IMG/VR virus record: IMGVR_UViG_3300006931_000029
Coordinates: 62,001-126,000 of that record
Direction: 5' to 3' (one strand)
DNA length: 64,000 nt
The notes beneath the pieces were generated by a model. That model did not search any database. It saw only the letters and a program-made list of their open reading frames with translations, and had not been told where the DNA came from. The translations under genes were made by a program, and so were the position numbers. Within the stretch, counting starts at the first letter, position 1, and the number at the start of each line of letters is the position of its first letter. This document shows positions 1 to 6,587 of the stretch, one piece after another.

Positions 1-23
1 TGAAGATTGGTTGGTTGAAAATT

Positions 24-49
24 TGGTGCGAGCTGATTTATCTACTCGC
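24..49 (-). ncRNA. possible 26-nt minihelix RNA ending in ACCA
   Basis: Minus strand reads GCGAG-TAGATAAATCAG-CTCGC-A-CCA: a 5-bp stem plus discriminator and CCA. The A/T-rich context after CCA resembles that of the four larger RNAs upstream. It is short enough to be chance. Confidence 0.3.
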
Positions 50-123
50 GTCGTGTGAAACTGGAAGAACTTAGACTCTTAGGACCAAGATTTGGTCCAG
101 GCTGACAAGGTTAATTTGGAAAT

Positions 124-209
124 TGGTGGCGAAAGAAGGGATCGAACCTCCGACCTGGTCGTCCATTTTTAAGGTGGCCGTCCATGCTCTACCGCTAAGC
201 TATTTCGCC
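124..209 (-). tRNA. atypical 86-nt tRNA with an anticodon stem extended by about 6 bp (apical loop CU-UAA-AA)
   Basis: Acceptor GGCGAAA/TTTCGCC-A-CCA, D arm GCTT-AGCGGTA-GAGC, T arm GGAGG-TTCGATC-CCTTC and a 4-nt variable region are normal. The anticodon arm is 29 nt rather than 17 nt. Confidence 0.75.
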
Positions 210-212
210 GAC

Positions 213-282
213 TTTCAAGAGAACACCGAGGAAACAGGAACAATCCAGATTACTACGGCCAAAACCTGGCGTTCTCTTGAAA
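213..282. repeat. perfect 12-bp inverted repeat closing a stem-loop that fills the spacer between two tRNA-like RNAs
   Basis: TTTCAAGAGAAC at 213-224 and GTTCTCTTGAAA at 271-282 enclose 46 nt. Confidence 0.65.
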
Positions 283-283
283 T

Positions 284-357
284 TGGAGCCGACCGGGGAT
301 TAAGAAACACCCCTCTTCCGTCCCATGGGACGGCGTGCGCGGTTACACTATGACGGC
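284..357 (-). tRNA. degenerate 74-nt tRNA-like RNA; CAT lies inside a self-complementary arm with no 7-nt loop
   Basis: Cloverleaf order and CCA end are kept: GCCGTCA/GGTCGGC (5 of 7 pairs), D stem GTGT/GCAC, anticodon arm CCGTCCCATGGGACGG (a perfect 16-nt palindrome), and T arm GGGG/CCCC with a non-canonical 11-nt loop. Confidence 0.55.
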
Positions 358-363
358 ATAAAG

Positions 364-469
364 TGGTGCCAAGGCCGACATCGCTGCCGGCGGCGAAACC
401 CTGCCCGCTGCATTAGTCGCGTCCGAAGACACGTCGAGAGCAGTGGCGTTTGATTCCACGGGGCTTGGC
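364..469 (-). ncRNA. 106-nt tRNA-like ncRNA with acceptor stem, ACCA end and four internal arms
   Basis: GCCAAG/CTTGGC-A-CCA closes the molecule. Arms: GTGG/CCAC; CGTGTC-TTCG-GACGCG (UUCG loop) inside TGC/GCA; GCGG/CCGC; CGGCA-GCGA-TGTCG (GNRA loop). There is no TTCG-type T loop at the canonical position. It lies 6 nt after the tmRNA 3' end. Confidence 0.6.
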
Positions 470-475
470 ATAAAT

Positions 476-830
476 TGGTGGAGATGGCGGGAGTTGAACC
501 CGCGTGCTAAAAGAGAACCGAATCTGAGTCTACGCGCGTGTCCTATTTTAATGTCCAGGCGGACCTATCTTTGGCTGAGTTTTTGAGTTCCGCCTCAGCC
601 GGCAGCGAAATCAGTAGCGTAGTTTTTACGCAGCACGATCTACCCCGCTCATCTTAATCGTGCCACGCGCAGCCTAATTAGGCCGCGAGACGGAGCTCGT
701 TGGAACGAGCGAACGCCTTGACAATGGTGTTGCCATTTGTGGTTTGCCAAGTCTTGTTATGGAGGTCGACCTAGCAGTCTCCAGCGCGCATCAGGTATCT
801 GTCTCCTAAAGTAGAATCCAGAACATCCCC
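476..830 (-). ncRNA. ssrA: tmRNA (355 nt); probable tag (A)GNTIVKAFARSNELRLAA encoded at 678..734
   Basis: 5' end GGGGATGTTCTGGATTC and 3' end CGCGGGTTCAACTCCCGCCATCTCCACCA give an acceptor stem with a G3-U70 pair. A pk1-like pairing GCTAGGTC/GACTTGGC is present, and the short ORF ends in LAA-stop. Confidence 0.95.
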
Positions 831-883
831 AGTGCTATGTCAAAAGAACTTATCGACGACCGAAGTCACCGACAACGTCGCAG

Positions 884-911
884 AGTTTACTGCTCAATGA
901 GTCAATGTAAA
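884..911 (-). promoter_or_regulatory. sigma70-like promoter for the ncRNA cluster
   Basis: Minus strand TTTACA-N16-TAAACT about 50 nt upstream of the tmRNA 5' end. Confidence 0.6.
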
Positions 912-927
912 CAAAAAAGATGCGTTC

Positions 928-1563
928 TCACGCATTTTGTTCAACTGGCCGAACGCCGTGAATTCCCTGCTTCAGGACATACCAGTAGAGTTTTCCTTCG
1001 AGTCGAATCTGGTTGGCGCGGCTCTTGTCGACGTAAATTTTGTCGCCGATCTTGATTTGGGCGAGCACCGGGTCTTCGCTCGATGGCAGAAGATTTCCGA
1101 TTTGCACGACCTCAAACTCTGGAGGTGGAATGGCCGAATCCGGCAGATAGAGACCGCCGATCATGTCGATCTTGATGTCACGAACGAGCACCCAGTCGCC
1201 GAGCACATGAAAATTTTCAAGCGTGATCTGCGGAGAATCCAGCTTCGCGAATGCGTCTCCTTGATGCATGATCATCACGGGCTGACGACGGTCACCTTCA
1301 CCGACAAAATGGGTCACGCCCATTTCGAACATCTTGTTGCATTGGTAGATGACGATGTCGCCGACCTTGACGGCAATTTCGACCGTGTCTCCGATGGACG
1401 CAACTCGGCCAAGCCGATGGACTTGGTTGGCATTGGAGGGCATCAGGATGATGCCAGTCGCTTCTTCCTGCACAGCGGTGAGAGCGACTCGGTGTTTGAC
1501 TGGACGCACGCAGCTTCTCAGGTCAATCTCTGCGGGTTTGAAAGGGACGACGTTGGAACTCAT
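928..1563 (-). CDS. groES: co-chaperonin with two tandem GroES/Cpn10 domains
   Basis: Two GroES-like repeats: RPVKHRVAL..TGIILMPSNA..GRVASIG..VKVGDIVIY and HVLGDWVLVR..IGGLYLPDSA..EVVQIG..IKIGDKIYV. Confidence 0.8.
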   Translation of the reverse strand: MSSNVVPFKPAEIDLRSCVRPVKHRVALTAVQEEATGIILMPSNANQVHRLGRVASIGDTVEIAVKVGDIVIYQCNKMFEMGVTHFVGEGDRRQPVMIMHQGDAFAKLDSPQITLENFHVLGDWVLVRDIKIDMIGGLYLPDSAIPPPEFEVVQIGNLLPSSEDPVLAQIKIGDKIYVDKSRANQIRLEGKLYWYVLKQGIHGVRPVEQNA

Positions 1564-1589
1564 TCTGAACCTGAGAACGTATTTACTAC

Positions 1590-1916
1590 ATGCCGCACAG
1601 TATCGTCAAGAAACTTCTTGGGGAAGCAAGTCAAGATGCGCGATTCGACGTCAACGCTCGAATCGAAATCTGGGTCACTATTTCGGACCTCGAGTACGAT
1701 CGGCGGATTCAGGCCCTTCAGCAAGACCCGCGTCCAGTGGAGGCTAAAATCGTTGACGCAAAGAAGATTGCCCTGCAGGTCGCTCACGACAAGGTCAATG
1801 AGAAATCTACGGGAGACTTTGACATCACAGCTGACATCAGCATGGAGTCGATGAATGTCAATCGGATCGATTGGGTCGCGCTGGTCAGTCCTCCTCCGCC
1901 TGAGGACGAGGGTTAA
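1590..1916 (+). CDS. hypothetical protein with IVKKLLGE leader (candidate head protein)
   Basis: 108-aa ORF preceded by TATTTAC 3 nt upstream. Its N-terminus matches other small ORFs in the window. Confidence 0.6.
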   Translation: MPHSIVKKLLGEASQDARFDVNARIEIWVTISDLEYDRRIQALQQDPRPVEAKIVDAKKIALQVAHDKVNEKSTGDFDITADISMESMNVNRIDWVALVSPPPPEDEG

Positions 1917-2950
1917 AGTCCGTCTAGCAATCGCTCCAGCGAGTTAATTGAGCTGAACGGCTTTCGCTGTTCGAACGTCTTTACGGCTGCTTTTGCGTCG
2001 TCGTTTGGATCGATACCTTTTGGCAAAGGAGGAGCGACGGTTACCTTGATGATGTTCGTCAGTTTCTTGCAGCTATCCCACGCCGAAGCGATAGCGTCTG
2101 GGTCGAACATCAAACAAAGCTCCTTGATTCCTCGAGCTGTGAGAATTTTGGCTTGTTGTTCCGGGCTAATTTTATGCTTGAAGATGGCGACCGGTACAAC
2201 CTCGTTCGTTCGCAGTTCGTTCTTCAGCGAATAGACGTTGAACATCGATTCGACTACGATTCCGACTTTCGCTTCCGGAGCCCTCAGTCGGTCGATGTCG
2301 TAGACCCAGTAGCGAGAACCTAGTGGGATTTCGTACTTCGTCGGAAACTGCTTCGTCGATGGTTTCTTGCCGGTTTCCGGGTCGGGTTTCGGGTCTCGAT
2401 ACGTCCGTCCTTGGTAGTAAACCACGCGGTCGTATTCCATCACTGGAAAGATGCAAAACGGTTCCCACCTTCCGTCTTCCATCGTGTATCCCGCGCCGGC
2501 ATCTTCGAACGTTTTGAGGTCGAGATTTTTCCGAATTGCCATCTTCTCGATCAGTCTAGCGTATCCGCTTCCTCGGCGTTCGGTTAGCGGTGTGAATCCC
2601 CGCGGAAGTTTGATGTCGTTCGTGACTGCGAGTACGCTTCGCCTAGTTGCGTAGACGGCGTCCAAATCCTTCATCGCGTCGTCAAGCGTGGTCGTATCGT
2701 AGAGAGCGATGTCGCTTAGGTCCGGATCGTGGCCGAGAGTTTTGATCCACGCCAGGAAATCTCCGCCAACGCCACACCGCCAGCAGTTAGTTTTGCCGGT
2801 TTTAAGGTTCACCGACCTGTTGCCGGACTGGTCACCGCATCTGGGTTGCTCGCAGAGCATCACCAGTTCGTCCTGGGACGAACGGGCTTTGACTACTTGA
2901 AACAGTCCCTCGGCGACTGTTTTGAGCTTGCTACCGACTAGTTTTGCCAC
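1913..2950 (-). CDS. DNA primase (Zn finger + TOPRIM; DnaG/gp61-like)
   Basis: N-terminal C..RC....CWRC zinc finger, plus IVVES and LMFDPDA TOPRIM-like motifs. Confidence 0.8.
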   Translation of the reverse strand: MAKLVGSKLKTVAEGLFQVVKARSSQDELVMLCEQPRCGDQSGNRSVNLKTGKTNCWRCGVGGDFLAWIKTLGHDPDLSDIALYDTTTLDDAMKDLDAVYATRRSVLAVTNDIKLPRGFTPLTERRGSGYARLIEKMAIRKNLDLKTFEDAGAGYTMEDGRWEPFCIFPVMEYDRVVYYQGRTYRDPKPDPETGKKPSTKQFPTKYEIPLGSRYWVYDIDRLRAPEAKVGIVVESMFNVYSLKNELRTNEVVPVAIFKHKISPEQQAKILTARGIKELCLMFDPDAIASAWDSCKKLTNIIKVTVAPPLPKGIDPNDDAKAAVKTFEQRKPFSSINSLERLLDGL

Positions 2951-2961
2951 AATGGCAAGAA

Positions 2962-3732
2962 CTATACGTTGGGAACCCCACGGATGAAAGCAGAATCTCT
3001 CATGGCGATGTTTCCACTGATTTCAGGGGTGGGATTGAACGGGAAAATCTCCTCGGGAATAATGACTGCAGAAATCGTTAGGGGCGTCGTGGTGGATTGG
3101 TCAACCCCATTGAACTGAATCGACGAAATCCAGCACTTCTTCATCACAAACGCCATTGAGACTTCCATGCCAGCCGACGCAGAAGCGTTAAGGGCATCCG
3201 CAACGATTCCAGAGGTGTCTTTCGTTGATCCCTGCAAGAAATAGAGCTTGATGTCTTTTTTGAACGTGTCGCCAAGCGGCACAGGAATCTCAGGCAATTG
3301 GACTGACATGTCCTCTGAATTGTACGGTAGCCGGCCGATCCTGCCGAGGATTCTCCAACCGTAGAGAAGCGAGTAAATCTTGGAGCGCTTAAGCTTCGAC
3401 GTCGTCGAAATGTTGTTCGAGTTCGAAAAACCGGTCGTCGCCGAGTCAACCAGAAAATCAATCCGGACTCCGCCAACAGATTCATCAAAACTAGGGTACA
3501 GTCTTGGCGTGTTCAGGGCCTTGACTTCGACCTCTGCAATCCTCGCTTCTGGAAATGTAACTTGCCGCGCAAACTGCACCGTGTCGCCTGGCTGAGGAAG
3601 CTCCAACTGGTTCGAAAATGGCGCGCGGCGGACAGCCGTCAACACGTTCTCCAAGTCAAGAACCCAAAGATCGCCGCGCTGGGCTTCGAACCCGCCGGCG
3701 TTTCCCCAGTTGTTTCGAGACTTGATGACCAT
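2962..3732 (-). CDS. tail tube-like paralog (baseplate tube initiator, gp48/gp54-like)
   Basis: N-terminus NNWGNAGGFEAQRGDLWVLDL parallels NQWGAAGSGLDQQRSDLFYVLL of the tube gene at 7794..8477, and FPEA/CWISSIQF motifs are tube-like. Confidence 0.55.
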   Translation of the reverse strand: MVIKSRNNWGNAGGFEAQRGDLWVLDLENVLTAVRRAPFSNQLELPQPGDTVQFARQVTFPEARIAEVEVKALNTPRLYPSFDESVGGVRIDFLVDSATTGFSNSNNISTTSKLKRSKIYSLLYGWRILGRIGRLPYNSEDMSVQLPEIPVPLGDTFKKDIKLYFLQGSTKDTSGIVADALNASASAGMEVSMAFVMKKCWISSIQFNGVDQSTTTPLTISAVIIPEEIFPFNPTPEISGNIAMRDSAFIRGVPNV

Positions 3733-3735
3733 GAT

Positions 3736-3743
3736 GTATCTAC
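3736..3743. promoter_or_regulatory. bidirectional TANWTAV element between divergent structural genes 15 bp apart
   Basis: TATCTAC lies 4 nt before GTG 3748 (+), and TAGATAC lies 3 nt before the ATG at 3732 (-). Confidence 0.55.
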
Positions 3744-3747
3744 TTTG

Positions 3748-4560
3748 GTGAAATCGTATCTAGGAACTTACGCCGGCATCGTCGAGTCCATCAAGGACCC
3801 GGAAAAACGTGGCCGAGTTAAAGTCAGAGTTCCAACAGTTTATGGACCCGCACAAGGTTCGATCCCGACGACGGACGTTCCATGGGCACTACCTGCTGGA
3901 TTACCTTCCGGCGGCACCAAAAACTCTGGCGGCATTGATTGGATGCCGGAAATTGGCGATCAGGTGTTGGTGCGTTTTCTTGATGGCGAACCAGAGAAAC
4001 CGGTGTGGGAATGGTTCATGCAGAATTCCGAGCAGGCGAAGCAATATCCGTTTCGCAACTACGAAGGAGACACGCCGAATCGCCATGCGCTGCTGACTCG
4101 CTACGGCCAATCGATCGAACTGGCCGAGTCCGGCATCACCGCTGTCACCAGCAAGGGTTACGTTATCCAAATTGTCGATGCTGGTGACGAGATGGACGGC
4201 TCGATTGAAGCTCGAACTGGCAAGGGCTACTTTGTGCAGATGATGGACGCGACTGACCAAATAGCCATCTTCGTGAAGTATGTCAATGCGAACTACGAGG
4301 ATTTGACCTTCATGGGGACAACGTCATTCTTCCAGATGGCTCAAAAATTCGAGATTCTAACACCTCGAACCAACGTCAAATCAGCTCGCATCGACCTTGG
4401 CGATGGGGCAGACGATCCGATCATCCGTAAGTCTGACCTGGAAAACGTTTGCAGTCAAATTGTTGCTTGGGCAAACTCGCACACCCACCCGAAAGTTCCG
4501 CCCACAAACACCCCGCTTAGAACCCGAGTGACGTTCAGCAGGGTGGTCTACGCCGTGTGA
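3748..4560 (+). CDS. baseplate spike / gp5-VgrG OB-fold protein (gpV-like)
   Basis: YAGIVESIKDPEKRGRVKVRVP, WALP, WMPEIGDQVLVRFLDGEPEKPVW and a C-terminal HTH (His-x-His) apex. GTG 3748 is preferred over the track start at 3562. Confidence 0.85.
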   Translation: MKSYLGTYAGIVESIKDPEKRGRVKVRVPTVYGPAQGSIPTTDVPWALPAGLPSGGTKNSGGIDWMPEIGDQVLVRFLDGEPEKPVWEWFMQNSEQAKQYPFRNYEGDTPNRHALLTRYGQSIELAESGITAVTSKGYVIQIVDAGDEMDGSIEARTGKGYFVQMMDATDQIAIFVKYVNANYEDLTFMGTTSFFQMAQKFEILTPRTNVKSARIDLGDGADDPIIRKSDLENVCSQIVAWANSHTHPKVPPTNTPLRTRVTFSRVVYAV

Positions 4561-4573
4561 GATACTTAGGCAG

Positions 4574-5101
4574 ATGAAGCCAAAGGGATATGTCGCACTC
4601 GCCGGAATCAGGGACGCCGAAGGTAAGTCGGTCTCCTTCGAGAAGGCAATCAAATACGGTTGGGTGAAACCCGGTCGTGTCCCTCGTGGTTTCGACCTTG
4701 AACCTGGCACGATGCCGGTCGGTCAAAATCTCTTCCTCGACAACGGTCGACAGCTTCTCGCCTACGTCTGGGGTGGCCGCTCTCCGATGTCCGACTACGC
4801 CTGCCAGAAGTTCGGCGTAGGAACCGGAACAACTCCAGCGGCTGTGATCGATGTAGCCCTCGAATCTCCAGCTCCTTTCTCGGTTGGTGTGACCACCAAG
4901 AACGTGGACGCCATCACCTTCCCAAGTCCGTTCGTCGCAAGAGTTGAGTTTACGATCGGAGCCAGTCAGTGCAACGGTTACCTGCTGACGGAGTTTGGTC
5001 TCTTCAGCGGCAACAATGTCCTTCTCGCCCGCATCGTCAACGCCGGCTTCAACAAGACGTCCGATTGGGCGCCTAGTCTGACGTGGTCGATCCGCTATTG
5101 A
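4574..5101 (+). CDS. baseplate/tail-fibre associated structural protein
   Basis: C-terminal NGYLLTEFGLF..LLARIV..FNKTS..LTWSIRY resembles tail collar/wedge-type proteins. TACTTAG lies 4 nt upstream. Confidence 0.45.
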   Translation: MKPKGYVALAGIRDAEGKSVSFEKAIKYGWVKPGRVPRGFDLEPGTMPVGQNLFLDNGRQLLAYVWGGRSPMSDYACQKFGVGTGTTPAAVIDVALESPAPFSVGVTTKNVDAITFPSPFVARVEFTIGASQCNGYLLTEFGLFSGNNVLLARIVNAGFNKTSDWAPSLTWSIRY

Positions 5102-5117
5102 GCCGTAGTTATCCAAC

Positions 5118-5471
5118 ATGAACATCACGTGCGTTGACACCCAAACGATCGGAGGCAGCTCCGCCCAGGTTTTTGAGATGATTCAGACTGGTGCGGTCAA
5201 AGCCTTGGTGACCCTTGCCAACAACGGCACAAACACCGCGAACTACAAGTTCCAGGAGAAGATTGCCAACACGTGGACGGACATGGCCGCGTTCGGCGAT
5301 CCGTTAAACGACACAATCTCGCCTGCAGAGATTCTCGCCATTTCGGTTGAATCCGCCTATCCTCAGGTGCGCCTGATGGCCAACGCTTCTGGCGGAACTG
5401 AATTTGAATTCGCGGTGCTTCGCTACTTCGTCCGTGGCGACGGTGGCGCGCTTCCGATTCTCTCGCTCTAA
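5118..5471 (+). CDS. hypothetical beta-rich structural protein
   Basis: 117-aa ORF with TAGTTAT upstream and weak likeness to 15068..15514. Confidence 0.5.
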   Translation: MNITCVDTQTIGGSSAQVFEMIQTGAVKALVTLANNGTNTANYKFQEKIANTWTDMAAFGDPLNDTISPAEILAISVESAYPQVRLMANASGGTEFEFAVLRYFVRGDGGALPILSL

Positions 5472-6367
5472 GGGTCCCAGTCGTCGACTGCCCGTCCTGC
5501 TGCTTCTGGGTCGAGCATCGTTATTCCTCTGGAATACTCGTCCAGCACTGGACCTTCATCCAAGTCGGGTTTTGGATTTGGTATGAAATTCGCAGGCTCA
5601 TAGTCTCCTTCCGCTTCCGTGTTCAGAAGCGTGTAGCCGAGCGCTTCGAAAAATTGGTCTTGCTGCGACGGAAACTTCTCGCCTGTTTTCTTGTCGAACT
5701 GCGGGGTAGAGCCAAGCTTCGAAGCGACCAAGTCCATCACTTCCTCCAGAGTAGAGTCGGGAGGAATTGCGTCGAAGATTTTCTTCACGGCAGACGGACC
5801 ACACTTGTTCACGCCGTTGATTCCGTCGCCAGGATCGCCGATGATCGCCAAAGCCACAGCGACTTGAATAGGTTTGTAAACATCCCACCGTTCACAAATC
5901 TCCCTGTCGGTCAGGAGGTGCTTCCGGTTGAGGCAATAATACTCAGACAAGGGACCTTTCAGTTGTTGAAGGTCTTTGTCGCCTGACATGACGACCGCCC
6001 TGATCCCCCGGGACGTTGACTGAGCTACGGCAGTCGCTACCAGGTCATCCGCTTCATAGTCCCCGTGGTGAGCATAGGCGCGGTCTCCAAACGCGTCACG
6101 GACAAACCTGGCAAAGTCCACCAGGTCGTCTTCGTACTCCTGAGGCTTGGGCTTCCTGGGCTTGTTGGTCTTGGGTTTGCCGTCGAAGCAGAAGAGGATT
6201 CGGCTCGGTACGCCGATCTCCGACCGCATTGCGTAAAATAAACTTTTGAACGCGGCAATGAGGTAGCCCCTGTCGACGTACTTCAAGTGGCTTGCTTGAG
6301 CTGCGTAGAAGGATTTTGCAAATAGTCCGTTTGCGTCTACGATAAGGTCCTTGCCATTGTGCTGCAC
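5468..6367 (-). CDS. 5'-3' exonuclease (FEN/T4 RNase H, PIN fold)
   Basis: LIVDANG, FCFDGK, YEADD, SGDKDLQQL and GDPGDGINGV motifs. Confidence 0.9.
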   Translation of the reverse strand: MQHNGKDLIVDANGLFAKSFYAAQASHLKYVDRGYLIAAFKSLFYAMRSEIGVPSRILFCFDGKPKTNKPRKPKPQEYEDDLVDFARFVRDAFGDRAYAHHGDYEADDLVATAVAQSTSRGIRAVVMSGDKDLQQLKGPLSEYYCLNRKHLLTDREICERWDVYKPIQVAVALAIIGDPGDGINGVNKCGPSAVKKIFDAIPPDSTLEEVMDLVASKLGSTPQFDKKTGEKFPSQQDQFFEALGYTLLNTEAEGDYEPANFIPNPKPDLDEGPVLDEYSRGITMLDPEAAGRAVDDWDP

Positions 6368-6380
6368 GGAGTGAAGAACC

Positions 6381-6587
6381 TCACTTACCTTTGAACTTGT
6401 TCAACTCCTCTTTCTCGGCCTTTGCGGCTTCTTCCGCCCATTCTAGTAACCACGTCAGAGCGTAGTCAGGGGTCCTCAATAAGTCAATCGTCATGCCCCG
6501 GTTGCTGGAGGCGAGAATGAATCGCTCTCTCCAGCGAGCCTTTTCGTGGGCGAAGACCCCGTCAACGAAAAAAGTCAGCGTCGAGAT
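6381..6587 (-). CDS. gp51-like hub assembly ORF overlapping the gp26-like gene in the +1 frame, without a nearby ATG
   Basis: The open frame reads ISTLTFFVDGVFAHEKARWRERFILASSNRGMTIDLLRTPDYALTWLLEWAEEAAKAEKEELNKFKGK*. It is not in the ORF track and fills the gap exactly. Confidence 0.55.
   Translation of the reverse strand: MSTLTFFVDGVFAHEKARWRERFILASSNRGMTIDLLRTPDYALTWLLEWAEEAAKAEKEELNKFKGK

Noticed and set aside
82-120. Hairpin GGACCAA/TTGGTCC and a second possible CCA-ended mini-RNA
   Set aside because: The 7-bp hairpin is real, but the putative acceptor stem is only 4 bp with no discriminator, too weak to call.
123-353. 76-aa plus-strand ORF, and 837..1055
   Set aside because: They are antisense to the tRNA-like RNAs, promoter and GroES gene, and have no protein motifs.
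1560-1787. 75-aa minus-strand ORF
   Set aside because: It is overlapped by 1590..1916 (+), which has the shared leader and the upstream motif.
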